Assembly: GCA_016432625.1 (NCBI GenBank)
Contig: CP066697.1
Coordinates: forward strand, 279,363-343,362
Source of the DNA: Candidatus Berkelbacteria bacterium
GTDB lineage: Bacteria; Patescibacteriota; UBA1384; 2-12-FULL-50-11
Direction of reading: 5' to 3'
DNA: 64,000 nucleotides
Within the stretch, counting starts at the first letter, position 1. Each line of letters opens with the position of its first letter. A program made the position numbers and the translations under genes. The notes beneath the pieces were generated by a model that made no database searches, had not been told where the DNA came from, and saw nothing but the letters and a program-made list of their open reading frames with translations. This document shows positions 39,666 through 52,473 of this stretch, in pieces.

Positions 39666-42386
39666 ATGAGCGACGAAATTAACCCACAAGAAGAAATCGA
39701 AGAAACTCCGGAAGAATCAACGGAAGATAGTATTCCCCAAGACGAACCGTCGGCTGAAAGTACTGACGAGAGTAGTGAGGGCGCGCTTCTTGACGATTAC
39801 ATCGAGGAGGACAAACCAAAACAGACGGAATACGGCTTAATTAAGCCACGCTCGATTTATAACGAGATGTCCGACTCTTATCTCGATTACGCTATGAGCG
39901 TCATTGTCATGCGCGCTCTGCCAGATGTACGCGACGGCTTAAAACCAGTTCAACGCCGCATTCTTTACGCCATGAGCGAGATCGGACTGACGGCAAACGC
40001 CAAGCATCGAAAATCCGCCAAGATCGTCGGTGAAGTTCTAGGTAATTACCACCCGCATGGCGATATGGCTGTCTACGACGCGATGGTCCGTATGGCTCAG
40101 TGGTGGAGCCTGCGGATGCCGCTTGTTAATGGCCAAGGAAACTTTGGTTCGATGGACGGCGATTTCCCCGCAGCCCCGCGTTACACCGAAGCACGTTTAG
40201 CGACGCCTGCCGAAGCGCTGCTAGCAGATATCGATAAGAACACGGTTGATTTTCGGGAGAACTACGACGGCACTAAAATGGAGCCGAGCGTTCTTCCGAC
40301 ACGGCTGCCAAACCTCCTTATTAACGGTTCGCAAGGTATCGCTGTCGGTATGGCCACCAACATCCCGCCTCACAATCTCGACGAAATCGTCGAAGCACTA
40401 GTTTTATTAATTGATAAGCCAGACACGGAAATTGATGAGCTTCTAACGATCGTCAAAGGCCCGGACTTTCCAACATCAGGGATAATCTACAACCAAAAAG
40501 ACATAAACGAAGCGCTCTCCACAGGACGAGGTCGTATTATAATTCGCGGCCGAGCTGAAATTATAGAAGATAAACGCCGCGACTCAATTGTCGTTACCGA
40601 GTTGCCATATCAAGTGAACAAGGCCACCTTCATTACCCATATTGCCGATCTAGTTAAAGCGAAGAAGATCGAAGGTATCAGCGATATTCGCGACGAGTCA
40701 GACCGAAAAGACGGTGTACGAGTAGTAATTGAGCTAAAACAGGGTGCTCACGCTAATAAAATCTTAAACCAGCTCTACAGCCTGACCGAGCTGCAGACTG
40801 TTGTGCACTACAACATGGTGGCTCTAATCGACGGCATTCAGCCTCGCTTACTCAATCTGAGCGACGCCCTTGAGGAATTTATCGCCCACCGAATAGTTGT
40901 TGTCACCCGTCGTACCGAGTACGAGCTCGGCATTGCTAAGGATCGAGCCCATATTTTAGAAGGTCTAAAGATTGCTCTCGACCATCTCGACGAAATTATT
41001 GCCCTAATCCGTAAATCAGAAGATCGCGACGCCGCTAAGGCAGCGCTTGTGTCTCAATTTAAACTCAGTGAGCGTCAGGCCAACGCCATTCTGGATATGC
41101 GTTTGTCGCAACTTGCGAATCTGGAACGACAACGAGTTTACGATGAGTATGACGCAATCATGAAACTGATCGCCGACTTGGAAGACATCCTTGCTAAGCC
41201 CGAGCGCGTTCGTCAGATCGTCAAGGACGAATTGACGGATCTCAAGAAAAAGTACCACCAAGAACGCCTGACCGAAGTACGACCGGAACCACTTGGCGAA
41301 TTGGCGGCAACTGACTTAATTCCGCAGGAAAATGTTCTTATTAGTCTAACGGTCGGTAATTATGTCAAAAGGTTGACTACCGATACTTATAAATCGCAAT
41401 TACGTGGCGGTAAGGGTGTAATAGGTATGACGACCCGGGAAGATGACGCTGTTAAAGAAATTGTTTATGCCACAACCCATGACGACGTAATCTTCTTTAC
41501 AGACTGGGGTCGTGCCTTCCGTATTAAAGCGTACGAGATTCCTGCTTCCAGCCGACAAGCCAAGGGCATAGCCTTGCCGAACATTATCCGCATCTCACCG
41601 CAAGAAAAAGTTACGACGGTGCTGACTGTCAAACAATCTGACGAAGGGCATTTCTACTTTTTCGCCACCAAGAAAGGTACCGTCAAACGTGTCCCGGTGG
41701 AAGCGTTCACAAACGTTCGCAAAAGCGGCATTGCAGCCATTAATTTAAATAAAGGCGACCAGCTACTTTGGGTAAAACAGACCTCCGGCTCCGATGAAAT
41801 TGCTCAAATTACGCGTGACGGTCAAGTTATCGTTTATAACGAATCCGAAGTTCGCCAGATGGGCCGTGGCGCAGCCGGTGTGCGCGGCATTAAACTTAAA
41901 GGTGACGACGAAGTGATCGAGATGACTGTCCTAAATAGCGACTCACGCTCTGTAGTAGTTATTTCCGAACGTGGCATTGGTAAACAAGTCGATCTCAAAG
42001 AGTTCCGCAACCAGCACCGTGGCGGTAGTGGCGTACGCATAGCCAAGTTGAATGACAAAACGGGTCGTCTAGCCGACGGGGCTGTTGCGACCGCCGAGGC
42101 CAAAGATTTAATTATTAGTACTATTACTGGCCAAGTCATTCGAATCGGCGTTTCTTCAGTCAAGAAGCTTTCCCGTCAGGCCTCCGGCGTTATACTAATT
42201 CGTCTTAATGAAAACGATCGCGTTAGCTCCCTAACCGTCGTTGGCGAAGAAGCTGAGGAGGGCAACGTCGAGACTGCCGAAGCAGTAAAAACGAGTAACG
42301 ACGCTTCAGTTCCGACCGAAACCGAGGTAGAATTAGAGCCGACTGCTTCTGAGGGCTCTGTTGAGAGCGAGGAAGCGGAAAAGTAA
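39666..42386 (+). CDS. gyrA: DNA gyrase subunit A
   Basis: YHPHGD, PRYTE, GyrA-box QLRGGKG; acidic N- and C-terminal extensions. Confidence 0.99.
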   Translation: MSDEINPQEEIEETPEESTEDSIPQDEPSAESTDESSEGALLDDYIEEDKPKQTEYGLIKPRSIYNEMSDSYLDYAMSVIVMRALPDVRDGLKPVQRRILYAMSEIGLTANAKHRKSAKIVGEVLGNYHPHGDMAVYDAMVRMAQWWSLRMPLVNGQGNFGSMDGDFPAAPRYTEARLATPAEALLADIDKNTVDFRENYDGTKMEPSVLPTRLPNLLINGSQGIAVGMATNIPPHNLDEIVEALVLLIDKPDTEIDELLTIVKGPDFPTSGIIYNQKDINEALSTGRGRIIIRGRAEIIEDKRRDSIVVTELPYQVNKATFITHIADLVKAKKIEGISDIRDESDRKDGVRVVIELKQGAHANKILNQLYSLTELQTVVHYNMVALIDGIQPRLLNLSDALEEFIAHRIVVVTRRTEYELGIAKDRAHILEGLKIALDHLDEIIALIRKSEDRDAAKAALVSQFKLSERQANAILDMRLSQLANLERQRVYDEYDAIMKLIADLEDILAKPERVRQIVKDELTDLKKKYHQERLTEVRPEPLGELAATDLIPQENVLISLTVGNYVKRLTTDTYKSQLRGGKGVIGMTTREDDAVKEIVYATTHDDVIFFTDWGRAFRIKAYEIPASSRQAKGIALPNIIRISPQEKVTTVLTVKQSDEGHFYFFATKKGTVKRVPVEAFTNVRKSGIAAINLNKGDQLLWVKQTSGSDEIAQITRDGQVIVYNESEVRQMGRGAAGVRGIKLKGDDEVIEMTVLNSDSRSVVVISERGIGKQVDLKEFRNQHRGGSGVRIAKLNDKTGRLADGAVATAEAKDLIISTITGQVIRIGVSSVKKLSRQASGVILIRLNENDRVSSLTVVGEEAEEGNVETAEAVKTSNDASVPTETEVELEPTASEGSVESEEAEK

Positions 42387-42393
42387 TCGTCAA

Positions 42394-44100
42394 ATGACTG
42401 ATACAAAATTACTACATTTACCCGAAACAGTTTCGGTCCGGACACTTGCAAGCCAACTTAACGTTGAGCCGACTGCCGTAATCGGCAAATTAATTGCCAA
42501 CGGCGTGATGGCGCATATTAACCAGAACCTCGATTACGATACCGCCGCACTGTTGGCGGAAGAGTTTGGTTTCACGACTGAACCAGAGGTAAAAACTGCC
42601 GCGCAAATTACAAAATCAATTGACACCAAAAATGCCGAAGCCCGCGCGCCAATTGTGACGATCATGGGCCATGTTGATCACGGTAAAACGAGCTTACTTG
42701 ACTATATCCGCTCAACAAACGTTGCGGCCGGAGAATCCGGTGGAATTACGCAAAATATTTCCGCCTACCAGATAGACTTCACAACCAGCGACAAACAAAC
42801 AAGAAAAATTACTTTTATCGATACGCCTGGGCATGAGGCTTTCTCGGCCTTACGGGCGCACGGCGCGAGCATCACCGATTTGGTTGTGTTGGTAGTGGCG
42901 GCTGATGACGGCGTAAAACCGCAAACCATTGAAGCAATTAATCACGCTAAACTCGCCGGTGTGCCAATTATTGTCGCTATTAACAAAACTGACGTGGGCA
43001 AAGCAAACATCGAACGGGTCAAGCAACAGCTCGCGGAGCACGAACTAATTCCTGAAGAATGGGGCGGCAAGACTGTCATGACGCCGCTAAGCGCGAAGAC
43101 CGGTGACGGCGTAGACAATCTTCTCGAACTCATCATCCTAACTACTGACTTACTTGAATTGAAGGCAGACGCCAGCCTAAATCCTGAGGGAATCGTTTTA
43201 GAGGCCAACCTTGATAAGCAAGTTGGACCGATCGCTACGGTCCTCATATATAACGGCACACTCCACACTGGCCAAGTGCTCGTTGTCGGCAAGACCTATG
43301 GACGGATTCGCTCATTGGAAGACGACCGCGGCCGCAAACTACCTTCGGCAGGACCGGCTCAACCGGTAGTTATAACGGGCCTTAAAGATGTCCCGACGTT
43401 TGGTGACCGAATCGAAGCAGTGCCAAACGAAAAAGTGGCCAAAACCATGACGCAATCGGGCAGTAAAACAGGCTCCAAGACCGCTGGTGACTCGAATAAC
43501 TCCTTCCGGATCGTTTTGAAAGTTGATGTCGGCGGATCACTGGCCGCGCTCGAGGACTCGATTCACAAATTAAAAATAAAAGACGCAACCGTTGAGATCC
43601 TTAGTGCCGGAATCGGGCAGATTAATGAGAATGATATTAACCTTGCCAAGGCCTCTGGTGCTGCGGTAATTTCTTTCCGCTCAGCGCCTCTTAAGCGAGT
43701 CTTGGACTTAGCGGAAAAAGACGGCGTGCCAGTCAAGGAATTTTGGATCATTTACGAAGTTATTGATTTTCTTAAAGATAAGCTAACCGAAATTGCTACC
43801 CCAACTTACGTCACTATCGAAGTCGGCCGCCTGAAAGTGCTCGAAGTCTTCTCCGCCAAGGGGCCGAACGCCATCGCTGGTGGTGAGGTAACGGAAGGCG
43901 AAGTCTCAAAGAACAAAGATGTTGTCATCTTCCGAGAAAAAGAAGAAGTCGGTAAAGGCAAAGTGATTAGCGTTAAAATGGGCAAAGTGGATGTCGATAA
44001 AGCCGAAAAAGGTGCGCAGTGCGGTATGAGCCTTGAGCAATTATCAGCTCCAGTTGAAAAGGGTGACGTCTTGGTGTTTTCCGAGACAAAAGAAGAGTAA
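42394..44100 (+). CDS. infB: Translation initiation factor IF-2 (short form)
   Basis: [21 protein letters not shown]. Confidence 0.97.
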   Translation: MTDTKLLHLPETVSVRTLASQLNVEPTAVIGKLIANGVMAHINQNLDYDTAALLAEEFGFTTEPEVKTAAQITKSIDTKNAEARAPIVTIMGHVDHGKTSLLDYIRSTNVAAGESGGITQNISAYQIDFTTSDKQTRKITFIDTPGHEAFSALRAHGASITDLVVLVVAADDGVKPQTIEAINHAKLAGVPIIVAINKTDVGKANIERVKQQLAEHELIPEEWGGKTVMTPLSAKTGDGVDNLLELIILTTDLLELKADASLNPEGIVLEANLDKQVGPIATVLIYNGTLHTGQVLVVGKTYGRIRSLEDDRGRKLPSAGPAQPVVITGLKDVPTFGDRIEAVPNEKVAKTMTQSGSKTGSKTAGDSNNSFRIVLKVDVGGSLAALEDSIHKLKIKDATVEILSAGIGQINENDINLAKASGAAVISFRSAPLKRVLDLAEKDGVPVKEFWIIYEVIDFLKDKLTEIATPTYVTIEVGRLKVLEVFSAKGPNAIAGGEVTEGEVSKNKDVVIFREKEEVGKGKVISVKMGKVDVDKAEKGAQCGMSLEQLSAPVEKGDVLVFSETKEE

Positions 44101-44103
44101 CTC

Positions 44104-44574
44104 ATGCCACACATTCACGATCTGATCGATTTCACGGTCGAGGCGTTTGTGGTTCATAAAAACAAGGTGCTGCTGCGGAAGCACGACAAGTACAATATGT
44201 GGCTTTCGGTCGGTGGGCATATTGAGCTAGATGAAGACCCGAACCAAGCCGCGCTCAGAGAAGTCAAAGAAGAGGTTGGGCTCGACGTTAAGATTATTGG
44301 TGAAGCGATCAATATTCCAGAGAATGGGCCCGAATATATGGAACTAATCCCGCCGCTATTTCTGAATCGTCACCGAATTAACCCTAATCACGAGCATGTC
44401 ACGCTTGTTTACTTTGCCACTAGCGACTCTGACAAGCTGAATTTAACTGACGGGGAAGAAAAAAGTGACGACTGTCGGTGGTTTACGCAGAGTGAGCTAA
44501 AGGAGCTCGAGGGTCTCCGGCCGTCAGTCAAGGCTCAGGCGTTACTTGCCCTGCAAAGACTAGCGACAAATTAA
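44104..44574 (+). CDS. NUDIX hydrolase
   Basis: GGHIELDEDPNQAALREVKEEVGL Nudix box. Confidence 0.93.
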   Translation: MPHIHDLIDFTVEAFVVHKNKVLLRKHDKYNMWLSVGGHIELDEDPNQAALREVKEEVGLDVKIIGEAINIPENGPEYMELIPPLFLNRHRINPNHEHVTLVYFATSDSDKLNLTDGEEKSDDCRWFTQSELKELEGLRPSVKAQALLALQRLATN

Positions 44575-44653
44575 TTGTTAGATCGCCGTTAGTAGTGGTA
44601 GGATTTATGAGGAGGGCATTATCGAGACCTTACAGAATATTTGGACAGGTTGG

Positions 44654-46168
44654 TTGCAGTTTGGTTTAGGGGCGACTAGTCGCCAAGCCTTCTTTGTCGT
44701 CGATCTTGTCATAAGCGCGATCATTATTTTCCTCATCCTGCGCTTCTTCAACTTCAAGAGAGGCCTAGCTTATTTTCTGGTAGTTTTTGGCGCTATCGTT
44801 GGCCTAGTAATCTCCGCTAATTACACTTTGCCAGCGCTTCACTTGCTCTCTCAGCTAATTTTAACCGTGCTGATTGTCGGTTTGCCGCTTTTCTTTGAGG
44901 AGAAATGGTTAGCATTATTCAATCGTGGTACGACCAACGATTTTCCGAGCGCTCCAAAACCGCGATACCTTAATACTTTTTGGATGGCACTTATCTCGCT
45001 TGTTGTTGGGCTCTTGTTTGCGGCGATCAGTAACGGCCCCGGTGTTAAAACCGCAGAATTACCACAGGGGGTGGCGGTCTCAGCCACAAACTTGAAGGAA
45101 GGCATTAGCGCCAATTTTGGCTCACAGAAACGGATAAGCGTTATAGTTCAAGCGCCCCGCTCGGTTTGGGCGACACTTAAAGACGAGGATTTCTCGGCTT
45201 CGGCTGATGTTAAAAATCTTGAAGAAGGAACTCACGAGGTAGCAATTATGGTTACCAGTAAAAAGAGCGACGTCAAAATTGTCCGAACCAAGCCAACGAA
45301 GGTCACGGTTACATTAGAGCCGGTGATACGTAAAACAGTTGCCGTCGTGGCGCGCTACGTTGGTAAGGCTGGAAACGACTTGGTTCCGGGTGACCCGGTT
45401 TTCGATCCAGACAAAGCCGAGATCACCGGACCCAAATCTGTTGTTGAAGACGTGAGCCAGGCGGTTGTGGAGGTTAAGTTAGACGGATTAGCGCAAAACA
45501 TTGACCAGAAATTTCGCTTAGTAGCCTTGAACTCTAGCGGCCAGGTTATAGAAGATGTCACGTTTTTGCCCGTAGAAGTCGCTGCTAAGGTGCCGCTTGT
45601 TAAGGCTGGCAAGCTTAAAACGGTCGGCATTAAGGTCAAGACGACCGGTGCGCCAACCGCCGGTTATTGGGTTGAACAACTCCTACCAACACCTAGCACC
45701 GTTGTCGTTACAGGTTCGGCTGATGCTCTCGATAAACTAACATTTATTGAAACCGATGCTGTTTCTGTTTCTGGGCTGAGCGCTGATAGCGAGGTCCAGA
45801 TTACTCTGGCTTTTCCAAGTGGTATCGCCGCGGCCGAGCCGATTAACAAAGTCACGGTCAAGATTGACCTCAGTGAAACAAACTCGGTTAAAACAATCGC
45901 CCCGACTATCACCTATGACGGCGTTGATGCTTCACTGAAAGTCACCACTATCAACCCGACCTCAGTTAGTGTTGTTGTCAGTGGCACTAACCAAGTGCTA
46001 AACGCCCTCAACGGCGGCGACATTAACTTAAAGCTCAATTTATCTGCCTATAAGTCGGCCGGAACCTATGCCGTGACGATTAAAAATGAAAACTTTGTGA
46101 TGAAAGAGGGGACGGCACTTGTTAGTTTCCTTCCCTCGGTCATCAATGTTACATTAGAGCTGAAGTGA
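44654..46168 (+). CDS. CdaR/YbbR-repeat protein with N-terminal CdaA_N-like TM region
   Basis: Repeated P..V.V.G....(L) YbbR-like units; N-terminal TM helices; start uncertain (possibly ATC at 44621). Confidence 0.8.
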   Translation: MQFGLGATSRQAFFVVDLVISAIIIFLILRFFNFKRGLAYFLVVFGAIVGLVISANYTLPALHLLSQLILTVLIVGLPLFFEEKWLALFNRGTTNDFPSAPKPRYLNTFWMALISLVVGLLFAAISNGPGVKTAELPQGVAVSATNLKEGISANFGSQKRISVIVQAPRSVWATLKDEDFSASADVKNLEEGTHEVAIMVTSKKSDVKIVRTKPTKVTVTLEPVIRKTVAVVARYVGKAGNDLVPGDPVFDPDKAEITGPKSVVEDVSQAVVEVKLDGLAQNIDQKFRLVALNSSGQVIEDVTFLPVEVAAKVPLVKAGKLKTVGIKVKTTGAPTAGYWVEQLLPTPSTVVVTGSADALDKLTFIETDAVSVSGLSADSEVQITLAFPSGIAAAEPINKVTVKIDLSETNSVKTIAPTITYDGVDASLKVTTINPTSVSVVVSGTNQVLNALNGGDINLKLNLSAYKSAGTYAVTIKNENFVMKEGTALVSFLPSVINVTLELK

Positions 46169-46515
46169 TGAGACACGATTCAAAACACCACTCAAAGAAG
46201 CACTGGGAGCAATGGCTAAAGCTGAACGGCACCGGTGTTGGAGTAGTGACGATTTCACTGGTCGTCCTCGCCGGAGTTATCGGACTCTATCTGCTCGACA
46301 TTCGCCTCAGCCCTAGTGATATCCGTACTGAGAATAATGTCACCGTTCGTCTCCAAGTAACTGATCACGACGCAACAAGTTTTTTAATTAACAGCCTCAC
46401 TGACAACTCTCAATCACCCGTCTATAACGACAGTCAATTGAAACAAATTAATCGCGAGACTTCTGGACGAATCCCGACGATGTTCAGAATTCAAGGAACG
46501 CTAACTTACCGATGA
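46165..46515 (+). CDS. Single-TM hypothetical protein
   Basis: Overlapping start/stop with both neighbours. Confidence 0.65.
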   Translation: MMRHDSKHHSKKHWEQWLKLNGTGVGVVTISLVVLAGVIGLYLLDIRLSPSDIRTENNVTVRLQVTDHDATSFLINSLTDNSQSPVYNDSQLKQINRETSGRIPTMFRIQGTLTYR

Positions 46516-47912
46516 ATAACAAGTTAAAGGTAGTTGTACTGGGTCTTGCCGGGGTGATTGGCAGCTTTTTGTTCGCAGTCACACCAGTGCTGGCGCAAGC
46601 GGAGTTAAAGATAAACTTGCCGCCGAGATTGATTTTTACTCCTAACGAGTTTCTTTTTAATAGAGACAAATATGTTTTCCGTGAAAATCCGCCAAGGCTT
46701 GACCCTAACGGTTCCATAAGTGGTACTCAGATAGTACGCGTTGAGACAGTAGACCAAGATCAGGGCACTGGTGGGGATGAACGCGGCGAATACTATCGGA
46801 TTATTGTCGGCAATATCGAAAAAAACTGGTTTGGTTACAACCCTCTGCAAAAAAGTAAGAAGCTTTTTGCCAATCTTGTGCCAATGGTTGAACGTGTTAA
46901 AGCTTACGCGCCTCCACCGGCAACCAATATTTTACTTTTCCGCCGAGCCTACCCGTTTCGTTTGACACTTAAACAGCCTGTTTCAGCCGAGAATATCGAT
47001 ACACTTGCCGCGTATATATCCGAAAAGGGCAGAAAGGATAACGCCTTTTTCGGCTCTACGACGTGTCAAGAGGACGGATCCCGCTCTTTTATATGTTTTA
47101 AAGAGACAGTGATTGTCACTAACCCCGATACCTCACAGATCACCTTGACGCTCAGTCAAAAGACAAAACTTAGTGGCATTTACGTACAGGGTAATATTGC
47201 GGCACCGCAACAAATTGCTCATCTTCGCCTGGCTCCTAACGCCATTGCTGTTGGTGGCAGTTTTCAAGACGTGACTGGCACTAAGTTGGACCAATATCTG
47301 CGGGATACACCCACGTCGCAAATCAAATGGGACGGAGCTGACGGCGCCGCCGCTAAGATTGATCAGCTCTACGAGAAGCGAACCCGCGGTACGACCATTG
47401 GTCGAAGTGTTATCAGTGGCGTTTGGTACCTCAACACAGCCAGCGATAATCCGGCTGAGTTCCAAACCCCAACTTCTTTCACTTCGCCGCCCGATGGCCG
47501 TTTATGGAACGTTAATCCGGCCAATAACACTTTCACCTTCAATGACGTCGATTTCCGCGGACAGGGAACGGTTGTAATTAACGGTAATGCGATCTTTAAC
47601 GGCTCCGTAAAATGCTCTGATTCGAAGCGTGTGGGTGTGCTGGTGCGTGGTAATATCGTCTTCAATACTACTCACGTTGAATGTGGTGCCTACGTTGCCT
47701 TAGGAAGCGGCGCGGCCGGGTTCATTGATATCGCGGCTGAACCGCCAGCCGACGGCGGGACAGTACGGGGTATATTTGTCGCTAAAGGCAACATTACTAT
47801 CCCGAATGCAGCTGCTTCGCCGCTCCTAATTGATTATGACGGCGCGTTTGCTCAGCAACCGACAGTTCTATTCAAGGAACTACTGACAATTCTGCTCATA
47901 GCCTTGTCGTAA
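46512..47912 (+). CDS. Secreted/surface hypothetical protein with beta-rich C-terminus
   Basis: Signal-like N-terminus (VLA-QA); GTVVINGN, VRGNI, AKGNITI repeats. Confidence 0.75.
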   Translation: MNNKLKVVVLGLAGVIGSFLFAVTPVLAQAELKINLPPRLIFTPNEFLFNRDKYVFRENPPRLDPNGSISGTQIVRVETVDQDQGTGGDERGEYYRIIVGNIEKNWFGYNPLQKSKKLFANLVPMVERVKAYAPPPATNILLFRRAYPFRLTLKQPVSAENIDTLAAYISEKGRKDNAFFGSTTCQEDGSRSFICFKETVIVTNPDTSQITLTLSQKTKLSGIYVQGNIAAPQQIAHLRLAPNAIAVGGSFQDVTGTKLDQYLRDTPTSQIKWDGADGAAAKIDQLYEKRTRGTTIGRSVISGVWYLNTASDNPAEFQTPTSFTSPPDGRLWNVNPANNTFTFNDVDFRGQGTVVINGNAIFNGSVKCSDSKRVGVLVRGNIVFNTTHVECGAYVALGSGAAGFIDIAAEPPADGGTVRGIFVAKGNITIPNAAASPLLIDYDGAFAQQPTVLFKELLTILLIALS

Positions 47913-48959
<1,047 letters not shown>

Positions 48960-49098
48960 AAGCGTAGCTTAGTAAGAAACCGAAATGCGACAGGCAGCCG
49001 CTAGGATACTGCACGTATCCTAGTCGATTTCGCGCATTTAACAATTGAATAAACATGCCGCACGGGTGGGTGGCAAATAAGAGCTTGAGGAGGCTAAA

Positions 49099-52000
49099 CT
49101 GCGTAAGTATTTTCGACCGCTGGAGTCGGTGACTAGTTTTTCGAACTTAATCGAAGTGCAGCTAAAGAGCTATCTATGGTTGTTTGAAGAGGGTTTGGGC
49201 GAACTATTAAATGAAGTTTCGCCAGTAGAGGACTTTACGGGGAAAGTTTTCTCTTTGGAATTCGGCGAGTATTCGTTAGACAAGCCGAAATACGACGAGA
49301 AGACCGCCAAAGACAAGAATCTAACTTTTAAAGCGCCGCTACGGTGCAAGGTTAAGCTTGTTAATAAGTTGACTAATAAATCAAAGACCGGAGAGGTCTT
49401 TTTGGGCGACTTCCCATTAATGACCGAACGGGGAACGTTTATTATTAACGGTGTTGAGCGAGTTGTGGTTAGCCAAATTGTCCGTTCGTTCGGAATCTTT
49501 TTTGTCTCGGAAGAAATTGGCGCCAGACGCCTATTCGGCGCCAAGGTAATTCCTAACCGCGGTGCTTGGCTTGAGTTTGAGACCAACTCTCGCGACGTAA
49601 TCTCCGTGAAAGTTGATCGAAAACGACGCATTCCTGCCACCACCTTCCTCCGCGCTCTTGGTAAATACGACGACGCAAAAATTAAGAGTCTATTCAAAGA
49701 TATCGATACCAACCCGGACCACCATTACATCGACGCTACGCTTGCTCGTGACCCGGCCAAAACTCAAGAAGAGGCTGTGGTAGAAGTTTACAAGCGTATT
49801 CGTCCAGGGGATCTGGTAACGCCAGAAACAGCCGAAACGTTTATTCAGACTATTTTCTTCAACTCGAAACGCTACGACCTCGGTCGCGTTGGCCGCTACA
49901 AAATTAACCAGCGACTTGAAATGAATCTGCCGAATAACGCGACTAACCGCGTGTTGCGCGTTGAGGATATCGTTTCCACAATTCGTGAAATTATCCGCCT
50001 CAACAATACCCCAGGCGCCGAGCAAGATGATGTTGATCACTTGAAGAATCGCCGTGTTAAAGCCGTCGGCGAACTGGTCCAGAACCGCCTTCGTGTCGGC
50101 CTACTTCGTATGGAGCGCATTATCAAGGACAGAATGAGTCAGATTGTCGATCCGGAAGAGGTAAACCCGGTCACGCTTGTTAACTCCCGACCGGTAGCGG
50201 CAATTTTGCAAGAATTCTTCGCCTCTTCTCAGATGAGCCAATTCATGAACCAAACCAACCCGCTTGCCGAGTTGGAGCACAAACGGACGCTTTCTGCGAC
50301 CGGCCCAGGTGGTTTATCACGCGAACACGCCGGCTTTGATGTCCGTGACGTTCACCGTTCGCACTACGGTCGTATCTGCCCGATTACCACTCCGGAAGGT
50401 CAGAACATTGGTTTAGTTGGCTACCTTGCAACTAGCGCCCGCGTTAACGAATACGGCTTCATTGAAACTCCGTTCCGTAAAATTGAACATAAAGACAACA
50501 AGGCACGCGTTACAGAAAAGGTTGAGTACCTCGACGCCTACGAAGAAGAAAAGTACACCCTAGCGCCGTATTCGGCCAAAGTTGACGACAAAGGTTACGT
50601 TATCGGCTCACGAATTATCGCCCGCCGAGGCGGTGATCCAGTTGTTGAAGCAACCGGTAAGGTTGACTACATCGATATCTCGCCACAGCAGATCGGCGCT
50701 ATTGCCGTTGCGCTTATCCCGTTCGTCGAACACGACGACGCCGTCCGCGCCTCCATGGGTTCTAACATGCAACGTCAAGCCGTGCCGCTGGTCCGCAGCG
50801 AAGCGCCTATTATCGGTACTGGGCTAGAAGGTTCCGTTAAGGATTCTGGTCAGCTCATTGTCGCCGAAGAAGATGGCGAAGTATCGTACGTTGACGCCGC
50901 TAAAATCGTGCTCAAAACTAAGCGTGGCGAAAAAACTTACGACCTCTTGAAGTTCTCCCGCTCAAACCAGTCGACTTGTATTAACCAGCGACCAATCGTG
51001 GAGATCGGTCAGAAGGTTAAGATCGGCGACGTGATCGCCGACTCCTCGGCAAGTGATCAGGGCGAACTGGCTATCGGCCAGAACGTGACCGTCGCTTATA
51101 TGAGCTGGGGCGGCTACAACTATGAAGACGCCATCATCGTTAGCGAACGTCTAGTTAAAGACGATCGCTACACCTCAATTCACATTGAAAAATATTCTGC
51201 TGAAGTGCGCGACACTAAACTTGGCCCGGAATTAGTCACGCGCGACATTCCTAATGTCGGCGACGAAGCACTAGCCAACCTTGATGAGCAGGGCATTGTC
51301 CGCATCGGCGCCGAGGTCTCAGCCGGCGACATTTTGGTCGGTAAAATTACTCCTAAAGGAGAAACCGAACTAACGGCTGAGGAAAAACTACTCCGAGCCA
51401 TCTTTGGCGAAAAGGCCAAAGACGTTAAGGACACCTCACTGCGCTTGCCTCACGGTGAGTACGGTAAGGTAGTCGCCGTCAAGATTTTCTCCAAAGAACA
51501 AGGCGACGAACTACCAGCCGGCGTTTATCAGCAAATCGAAGTCTCAGTGGCTCAAATGCGCAAAGTCACCGTTGGTGACAAAATGGCCGGCCGACACGGT
51601 AACAAGGGTGTCATCTCTAGGGTCGTTCCAGAAGAGGACATGCCGTTCCTACCTGACGGTACGCCAGTTGACATCATCTTGAACCCGCTCGGCGTTATTT
51701 CGCGCATGAACCTCGGACAAATTCTTGAAACCCACCTAGGCTGGGCCGCAAAGAAGCTCGGCTACCGGGTTGCTTCGCCGGCTTTTCACGGCGTTCCAGT
51801 TGCCGAGATCGAAAAAGAACTCGCCAAAGCTGACTTGCCAGTATCCGGCAAGATCCAACTGCGAAACGGTCGCGACGGTAACGATTACGACCAAGAAACA
51901 ACCGTCGGCATTAAATACTTACTGAAACTAATTCACCTTGTCGACGACAAGATGCACGCCCGCTCAACCGGCCCGTACTCCATGGTCACTCAGCAGCCGC

Positions 52001-52473
52001 TCGGTGGTAAAGCCCAATTCGGCGGTCAGCGATTTGGTGAAATGGAAGTGTGGGCATTGGAAGCTTACGGCGCCGCCCATACCTTACAAGAAATGCTGAC
52101 GATTAAATCTGACGACGTTATCGGCCGAGCCAAAGCTTACGAAGCGATTATTAAGGGCGAAACTATTCAGAAACCACAGATCCCGGCCTCATTTGCCGTT
52201 CTCGTGCGTGAGCTTGAATCGCTAGGCTTAAACGTTGAAGTCATCGAAACAGAAGAAAAGATGAATGAGATTACTGAAGAGCAAAGCTTGCTTGAAGACC
52301 AGGGCCTGCCAGAAGGCAAGCTGCGAATTACCGACCCGTTGGGCGAAGACGCCGACGAGATGGTTCGTGATACCGCTGCTCGCCAAACCGCAATCGACGA
52401 ATCACCGGAAGAGCAAGAGGTACTCACCAGAAAATCAGCCTCAAAAGCTTCCAAAGAAAGGAAGGAGGACTAA
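49099..52473 (+). CDS. rpoB: RNA polymerase beta subunit (probable CTG start)
   Basis: GTFIINGVERV, TPEGQNIGL, GDKMAGRHGNKG, GGQRFGEME. Confidence 0.99.
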   Translation: MRKYFRPLESVTSFSNLIEVQLKSYLWLFEEGLGELLNEVSPVEDFTGKVFSLEFGEYSLDKPKYDEKTAKDKNLTFKAPLRCKVKLVNKLTNKSKTGEVFLGDFPLMTERGTFIINGVERVVVSQIVRSFGIFFVSEEIGARRLFGAKVIPNRGAWLEFETNSRDVISVKVDRKRRIPATTFLRALGKYDDAKIKSLFKDIDTNPDHHYIDATLARDPAKTQEEAVVEVYKRIRPGDLVTPETAETFIQTIFFNSKRYDLGRVGRYKINQRLEMNLPNNATNRVLRVEDIVSTIREIIRLNNTPGAEQDDVDHLKNRRVKAVGELVQNRLRVGLLRMERIIKDRMSQIVDPEEVNPVTLVNSRPVAAILQEFFASSQMSQFMNQTNPLAELEHKRTLSATGPGGLSREHAGFDVRDVHRSHYGRICPITTPEGQNIGLVGYLATSARVNEYGFIETPFRKIEHKDNKARVTEKVEYLDAYEEEKYTLAPYSAKVDDKGYVIGSRIIARRGGDPVVEATGKVDYIDISPQQIGAIAVALIPFVEHDDAVRASMGSNMQRQAVPLVRSEAPIIGTGLEGSVKDSGQLIVAEEDGEVSYVDAAKIVLKTKRGEKTYDLLKFSRSNQSTCINQRPIVEIGQKVKIGDVIADSSASDQGELAIGQNVTVAYMSWGGYNYEDAIIVSERLVKDDRYTSIHIEKYSAEVRDTKLGPELVTRDIPNVGDEALANLDEQGIVRIGAEVSAGDILVGKITPKGETELTAEEKLLRAIFGEKAKDVKDTSLRLPHGEYGKVVAVKIFSKEQGDELPAGVYQQIEVSVAQMRKVTVGDKMAGRHGNKGVISRVVPEEDMPFLPDGTPVDIILNPLGVISRMNLGQILETHLGWAAKKLGYRVASPAFHGVPVAEIEKELAKADLPVSGKIQLRNGRDGNDYDQETTVGIKYLLKLIHLVDDKMHARSTGPYSMVTQQPLGGKAQFGGQRFGEMEVWALEAYGAAHTLQEMLTIKSDDVIGRAKAYEAIIKGETIQKPQIPASFAVLVRELESLGLNVEVIETEEKMNEITEEQSLLEDQGLPEGKLRITDPLGEDADEMVRDTAARQTAIDESPEEQEVLTRKSASKASKERKED

